The position numbers and the translations under genes were made by a program. Of a stretch of 64,000 bases of DNA, positions 60,416 to 64,000 are shown one piece after another. This stretch comes from Bacteroides fragilis. GTDB taxonomy: Bacteria; Pseudomonadota; Alphaproteobacteria; Rs-D84. The stretch lies in NCBI GenBank assembly GCA_963630775.1, contig CAVGNU010000001.1:28607-92606 (forward strand). Direction: 5' to 3'. The stretch's first letter is position 1. The number at the start of each line of letters is the position of its first letter. Below the pieces are notes generated by a model that was not told the DNA's origin, searched no databases, and saw nothing but the letters and a program-made list of their open reading frames with translations.

Positions 60416-60487
60416 TTTCAATCAAGGAATTATAGAGAGGCAGATTTAGCGCATCGCGTGCATATCTGCTTTTTTATTGTAAAAAAT

Positions 60488-61555
60488 ATGTCAGACAAGA
60501 AAATTATTTCTGTTGATGCAATGGGGGGGGACAAAGGGCCCAAGGCCGTCTTGGGTGGCATGAACCAGTTCTTGTATCAAAATGGCGAAGGCAAGGTGTT
60601 CTTTCGCCTGTTTGGGAACGAGGCATTATTGCGTCGTATGTTGGCGAAATACCCACGCGTCGCGCGTAATTGCGATGTCATTGATGCACCAAATGTAATT
60701 CGTGGCACGGACAAGGTTCGCGACGTTATTCGTCATGCGCAGGATACATCCATGTACATGGCAATCAAAGACGTCCGCGAAGGCAAATCTGCCGCGGTGG
60801 TCAGTGCAGGTAACACTGGCATATTTATGTCGCTGTCCAAACTGATGCTGAAAACAACGGCTGGTATTGCGCGCCCAGCAATTACAACAATGTTGCCATC
60901 GGGTGGTGGGGATTCACGCGTGGTGGTTTTGGATTTGGGTGCAAATGTTCAGTGCGACGAAACAATCCTGTTTGATTTTTCGGTATTAGGTACGGTTTAT
61001 GCAGAGGTTATCGGTAAAATGCCACGCCCAAAATTGGGCGTCCTGAATATCGGTGCCGAAGAAACCAAGGGCAATGACACGTTGGTTCATTTGAACCATG
61101 TCTTGAACGAACACAAAGATGAATTACCATACGAATACATCGGCTTTGTCGAGGGGAATGACATCAGTGGCGGTAATGTTCAGGTTGTTGTCACCGACGG
61201 ATTTACTGGGAATATCGTTCTAAAAACGGTCGAGGGTACGGCAAAACTGATTAAACGCGTATTGGTTGATAACCTGAAAAAATCTGTTTTGGCAATGGTC
61301 GGTGCGTTTTTCTTGGTGCACGTGTTCAAACGCCTGAAACACAAGATTGACCCACGTTCGTATGCGGGTGCGGTGTTCTTGGGGTTGCAAGGGTTCGCGG
61401 TCAAGACCCATGGCAACAGCGATGCGCTGGCATTCGCGAACGCACTGAAATACGCAACGGATTTAACAAGCGCAAATCTGAATGATTTGATTGCCCAACG
61501 GGCCGCATCGGTTTCCAAAATCCGTGACGAGTTCAAAATAGCAGCAGAACAATAA
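60488..61555 (+). CDS. plsX: phosphate acyltransferase PlsX
   Basis: N-terminus MSDKKIISVDAMGGDKGP… and full PlsX fold. Terminator ACAGCGGGGCATCGCCCCGTTTTTT at 61557-61582. Confidence 0.9.
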   Translation: MSDKKIISVDAMGGDKGPKAVLGGMNQFLYQNGEGKVFFRLFGNEALLRRMLAKYPRVARNCDVIDAPNVIRGTDKVRDVIRHAQDTSMYMAIKDVREGKSAAVVSAGNTGIFMSLSKLMLKTTAGIARPAITTMLPSGGGDSRVVVLDLGANVQCDETILFDFSVLGTVYAEVIGKMPRPKLGVLNIGAEETKGNDTLVHLNHVLNEHKDELPYEYIGFVEGNDISGGNVQVVVTDGFTGNIVLKTVEGTAKLIKRVLVDNLKKSVLAMVGAFFLVHVFKRLKHKIDPRSYAGAVFLGLQGFAVKTHGNSDALAFANALKYATDLTSANLNDLIAQRAASVSKIRDEFKIAAEQ

Positions 61556-61582
61556 CACAGCGGGGCATCGCCCCGTTTTTTA

Positions 61583-61740
61583 TTAGTGATAGAGTGATTT
61601 AGTTTTAGAATAACGTCCCAAAAGCACTGTCATTCCGTGGCTTGACCACGGAATCCAGGTAAATAGAAGAGCCGCGCCATCGGCGCACAAAATCTATTAT
61701 CTATTCTCTATTATCTATGCTCTAATTTGGGGCGTTTTTA
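61583..61740. repeat. intergenic repeat cluster: TTATTAGTGA(T/G)AGAGTGAT…TTAGTTTTAGAATA element, GTCATTCCGTGG/CCACGGAATCC palindrome, GCGCCATCGGCGC palindrome and 7-bp CTATTNT tandem repeats
   Basis: The first element recurs at 63003-63058. The palindrome is related to the 9783 and 63122 copies. Four tandem CTATT(A/C)T units at ~61693-61725. Confidence 0.55.
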
Positions 61741-62187
61741 TTCGCAAATCTTCAAATTCGGGCGGGCGGCGCGCAGGTTGTTCAGCGATTGTGCCTGTGC
61801 GGCGCGGAATGCGTCCGGATTCCATATCTGAAAACTGTTGCCACGACCAACAAAAACGGCGCGGTCTGTGATACCGGCGTGTTGTAATAAATCGGCGGGA
61901 ATAACAATGCGGCCCGTTACATCAAATGCCAATGGGCGCGCGTCCGCAAACAGCATTGCTGACAAATCGTCCAACGCGTCATCAAAAACACCCATCTTGT
62001 CCGTTGCCGACGCCAACTGTTCCATACGGGACATGGACAGCCCCTCTATACAATTATGGGTAAAAGAACGATATAAAACAACGCCCGCGAATTTTTCATT
62101 GGACACCGAAGACCGGAAAGAGGCCGGTACTGAAATACGCCCCTTGGTATCCAAACGATTTTCATAAGATGAGAGAAACAATGACAT
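61738..62187 (-). CDS. mraZ: transcriptional regulator MraZ
   Basis: Start trimmed to MSLFLSSYENRLDTKGRISVP… Two SpoVT/AbrB-like repeats with the MraZ DXXXR-like segments. Isolated from the rest of the dcw genes. Confidence 0.85.
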   Translation of the reverse strand: MSLFLSSYENRLDTKGRISVPASFRSSVSNEKFAGVVLYRSFTHNCIEGLSMSRMEQLASATDKMGVFDDALDDLSAMLFADARPLAFDVTGRIVIPADLLQHAGITDRAVFVGRGNSFQIWNPDAFRAAQAQSLNNLRAARPNLKICE

Positions 62188-62370
62188 TTTCAGGTCTTTG
62201 TTTGTTAGGTGTATTCGCCGTTCCCTTTCCGTCTTCACACGGAATGTAGCACGAGGATTTTTGGTTGTCAATGACAATTTATAATTATTTTATGGGATTT
62301 TATGGTCTGGAAAGTAAAATTAAACTTTTTTCAAATAAAATTAAAATAAATGAATTTTCCCCTTGACCTG

Positions 62371-62400
62371 CGATTCGTTTTTGTTCTAAGATATTTGTAT
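62371..62400 (+). promoter_or_regulatory. sigma70-like promoter (TTGACC-17-TAAGAT) for the 62567 gene, with direct repeat TGTAAATAC x2 downstream
   Basis: Near-consensus hexamers with 17-bp spacing. TGTAAATACG-TA-TGTAAATACA direct repeats at 62496-62518 could be a regulator site. Confidence 0.4.
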
Positions 62401-62566
62401 AGACAAGGAAAAAAGGTTTCGAAAGTCCCAGAAAACCGCCAAAAACCGGATTTCTGGCGAAAACAAAAAACAAATGAAAATTTAATTGGCAAAAATGTAA
62501 ATACGTATGTAAATACATTCCAAGATTAGATTTTCGACAAACCCAAAGCGAAAGGAGGGCCCCGCA

Positions 62567-62902
62567 ATGCCAAAAAATATAAAGGAAATTATGATTGCCT
62601 TGAACAAAGTTTTAACAACAACAGTTTGGGTGAACGAAGATCGCCAGATTATATCGCTGGCCGACGAACTGAAAATTGGTCTGGGTAACGCGCCACGCAG
62701 TATCGAAGATTTGCCACGTGCGTCATTGGTTGGTGCGTATGTTTCATTGCAAATTCGTACAGATAATTTCGAAGTAGCTGCCGAAAGCATGGACACAAAG
62801 ACATTGGCGTTGCGTGTCAAAGGCATGGTCTTTGCCGAAGCGAAAAAGATTATGGACGCCGCCGACATCGAAGAAAAGTCGTCTGTTGCGCGCGCTGCAT
62901 AA
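62567..62902 (+). CDS. hypothetical protein
   Basis: 111 aa with strong GAAAGGAGGG RBS. Terminator hairpin AGCCACCG…CGGTGGTTATTTTTATT at 62972-63008. Confidence 0.55.
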   Translation: MPKNIKEIMIALNKVLTTTVWVNEDRQIISLADELKIGLGNAPRSIEDLPRASLVGAYVSLQIRTDNFEVAAESMDTKTLALRVKGMVFAEAKKIMDAADIEEKSSVARAA

Positions 62903-63002
62903 TGCGTGGGCAACCGCGGGTCTGAATCAAGGCGTCAAAACAGTTTCTGGGAATACCAGAAGGAAGGGAGTAGCCACCGTCGAGCAATCGCCGGTGGTTA
63001 TT

Positions 63003-63180
63003 TTTATTAGTGAGAGAGTGATACAGTGATAAAGTGATACAGTGATTTAGTTTTAGAATATAAAACTTAAAAAAACGTGTCGCCTGCGGACTGACGTCCT
63101 TGCCGCATCCTGCGCTTCGCTTGGATTCATTGCGAGTGTAACGAAGCAATCCAGTGAATCACAGTCGCGCGCAGCGCACA
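63003..63180. repeat. repeat block: GTGATACAGTGATAAA tandem copies plus copy B of the ~60-bp CATTGCGA…GCAATCCAGT…GTCGCGCGCAGCGC element
   Basis: Aligns with 9783-9840 and with 61583-61615. Confidence 0.6.
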
Positions 63181-63185
63181 TCATA

Positions 63186-63345
63186 AAAGACCACCCCGTC
63201 CTAGCGGACACCCCTCCACGAAATCACCCACAAAATTTATCAATTTTGCGGGGCCCGATGGAGGGGAACTTGGTCTGCAACAAGAACGTAGCAAGTTCTC
63301 CTCCTGTGGAGGAGTACCGCGTAGCGGGGAGGTGGTCTTTCTATG
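63186..63345. repeat. ~160-bp palindromic (MITE/REP-like) element with ~30-bp GC-rich terminal inverted arms
   Basis: AAGACCACCCCGTCCTAGCGGACACCCCTCCAC … GTGGAGGAGTACCGCGTAGCGGGGAGGTGGTCTT. Arms share the CCCCTCC/GGAGGGG vocabulary with 9714-9765. Confidence 0.55.
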
Positions 63346-63411
63346 TTCGAAATTGTACTTCTGGGAACTGGTATCTTTGTCGGTAAGCAGCCGCGCCGTC
63401 TGGCGCGCACA

Positions 63412-63825
63412 TTATTCGTCAAAGAATGATGGCAGTTTGGATTTCTTGCCGTCGTATATCGCCAATGTTCCCGCTTTGCGTGCGCGGTCATAATATTTGA
63501 TTTTATAGTCGATGATTTTCAGCATCTTTTGAATCTCGGCCATCTGGGCCATTACCGCGGCGCGACGATTGATAAACATGTCATAACGCTGTTGTATCGT
63601 TTTGTCGCCCATTGCGCACCAGTCGATAAATGTTTTAATGTCTGTCAAACTCATACCTGTCTTTTTCAGACATTCAATAATGCCTAATCGGTCAATGTCA
63701 CGATCGCAATAGTCGCGAATGCCGCCACCACGCTTTGCAACATCGGGCATCAAACCCATTTTTTCATAGAACCGCAATGTGTGTTCTGACAATCCTGTGA
63801 TTTTTGAAATTTCACCAATACGCAT
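63412..63825 (-). CDS. MerR-family transcriptional regulator
   Basis: HTH MRIGEISKITGLSEHTLRFYEKMGL, coiled-coil dimerisation helix, C-terminal Cys-containing effector region. Confidence 0.85.
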   Translation of the reverse strand: MRIGEISKITGLSEHTLRFYEKMGLMPDVAKRGGGIRDYCDRDIDRLGIIECLKKTGMSLTDIKTFIDWCAMGDKTIQQRYDMFINRRAAVMAQMAEIQKMLKIIDYKIKYYDRARKAGTLAIYDGKKSKLPSFFDE

Positions 63826-63835
63826 AATTTTCCTC

Positions 63836-63866
63836 TTGACCTAGAGTTAAATCTAGGGTTTATACT
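63836..63866 (+). promoter_or_regulatory. MerR-type promoter: TTGACC - 19-bp spacer containing dyad CTAGA-N6-TCTAG - TATACT
   Basis: The suboptimal 19-bp spacer with an internal inverted repeat is the hallmark of MerR-activated promoters. Lies between the divergent MerR gene and the downstream gene. Confidence 0.55.
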
Positions 63867-63891
63867 GTGAAAAGTCAAGGGAGGAATTGCA

Positions 63892-64000
63892 ATGAAAAAA
63901 ATTACTTTTTCACTTTGTGCGGCATTGGCACTGTGCGGCGCGGCGGACGCGCGCGATTTGGTCGCATACTATTCGCGCAGTGGTAACACCGAAATTGTCG
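63892..64000 (+). CDS. exported flavodoxin-like protein (partial, runs off window)
   Basis: AAGGGAGG RBS. Signal peptide MKKITFSLCAALALCGAADA, then …LVAYYSRSGNTE… (flavodoxin-like FMN-binding loop). Confidence 0.45.
   Translation, partial: MKKITFSLCAALALCGAADARDLVAYYSRSGNTEIV

Noticed and set aside
62300-62560. Possible small RNA or ORF in the long AT-rich mraZ upstream region
   Set aside because: No ORF with RBS and no recognisable structured RNA motif. Interpreted as promoter/leader DNA for the divergent mraZ and 62567 genes.

Overview
The window reads as a moderate-to-low GC alphaproteobacterial chromosome segment, probably from an obligate intracellular or endosymbiotic lineage (Rickettsiales/Holosporales-like). 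Evidence for this: a GapR/DUF2312 nucleoid protein, a short ValRS, a fragmented dcw cluster, rpmH unlinked from rnpA, and many intergenic palindromic repeats. Housekeeping content: mraY-ftsW-murG, valS, gyrA, def-fmt-truA, pyrG, pyk, recR-rsmA, kef antiporter, lspA-yidC, tRNA-Trp-secE-nusG-rplKAJL-rpoBC, rpmF-plsX and a distant mraZ. Accessory content: (1) a standalone virB8-virB9-virB10-like type IV secretion core operon whose VirB9 homologue carries a C-terminal SPOR-like domain and whose VirB10 homologue carries a ~200-aa cysteine-rich C-terminal extension; (2) a marR-tolC-like-(mini adaptor)-RND efflux operon; (3) an AT-rich islet between tRNA-Glu and tRNA-Gln with a metallophosphoesterase, an HD hydrolase, a GIY-YIG nuclease and a glycosyltransferase preceded by a 14-G homopolymer; (4) two 172-bp tandem repeats that each reproduce the 3' end of the adjacent tRNA-Glu; (5) comF and comEC competence genes, a cysteine-rich secreted protein, two MerR regulators, and several families of dispersed palindromic repeats. 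rpmF appears to carry a +1 frameshift. All calls come from reading the sequence and ORF translations, with no database searches.
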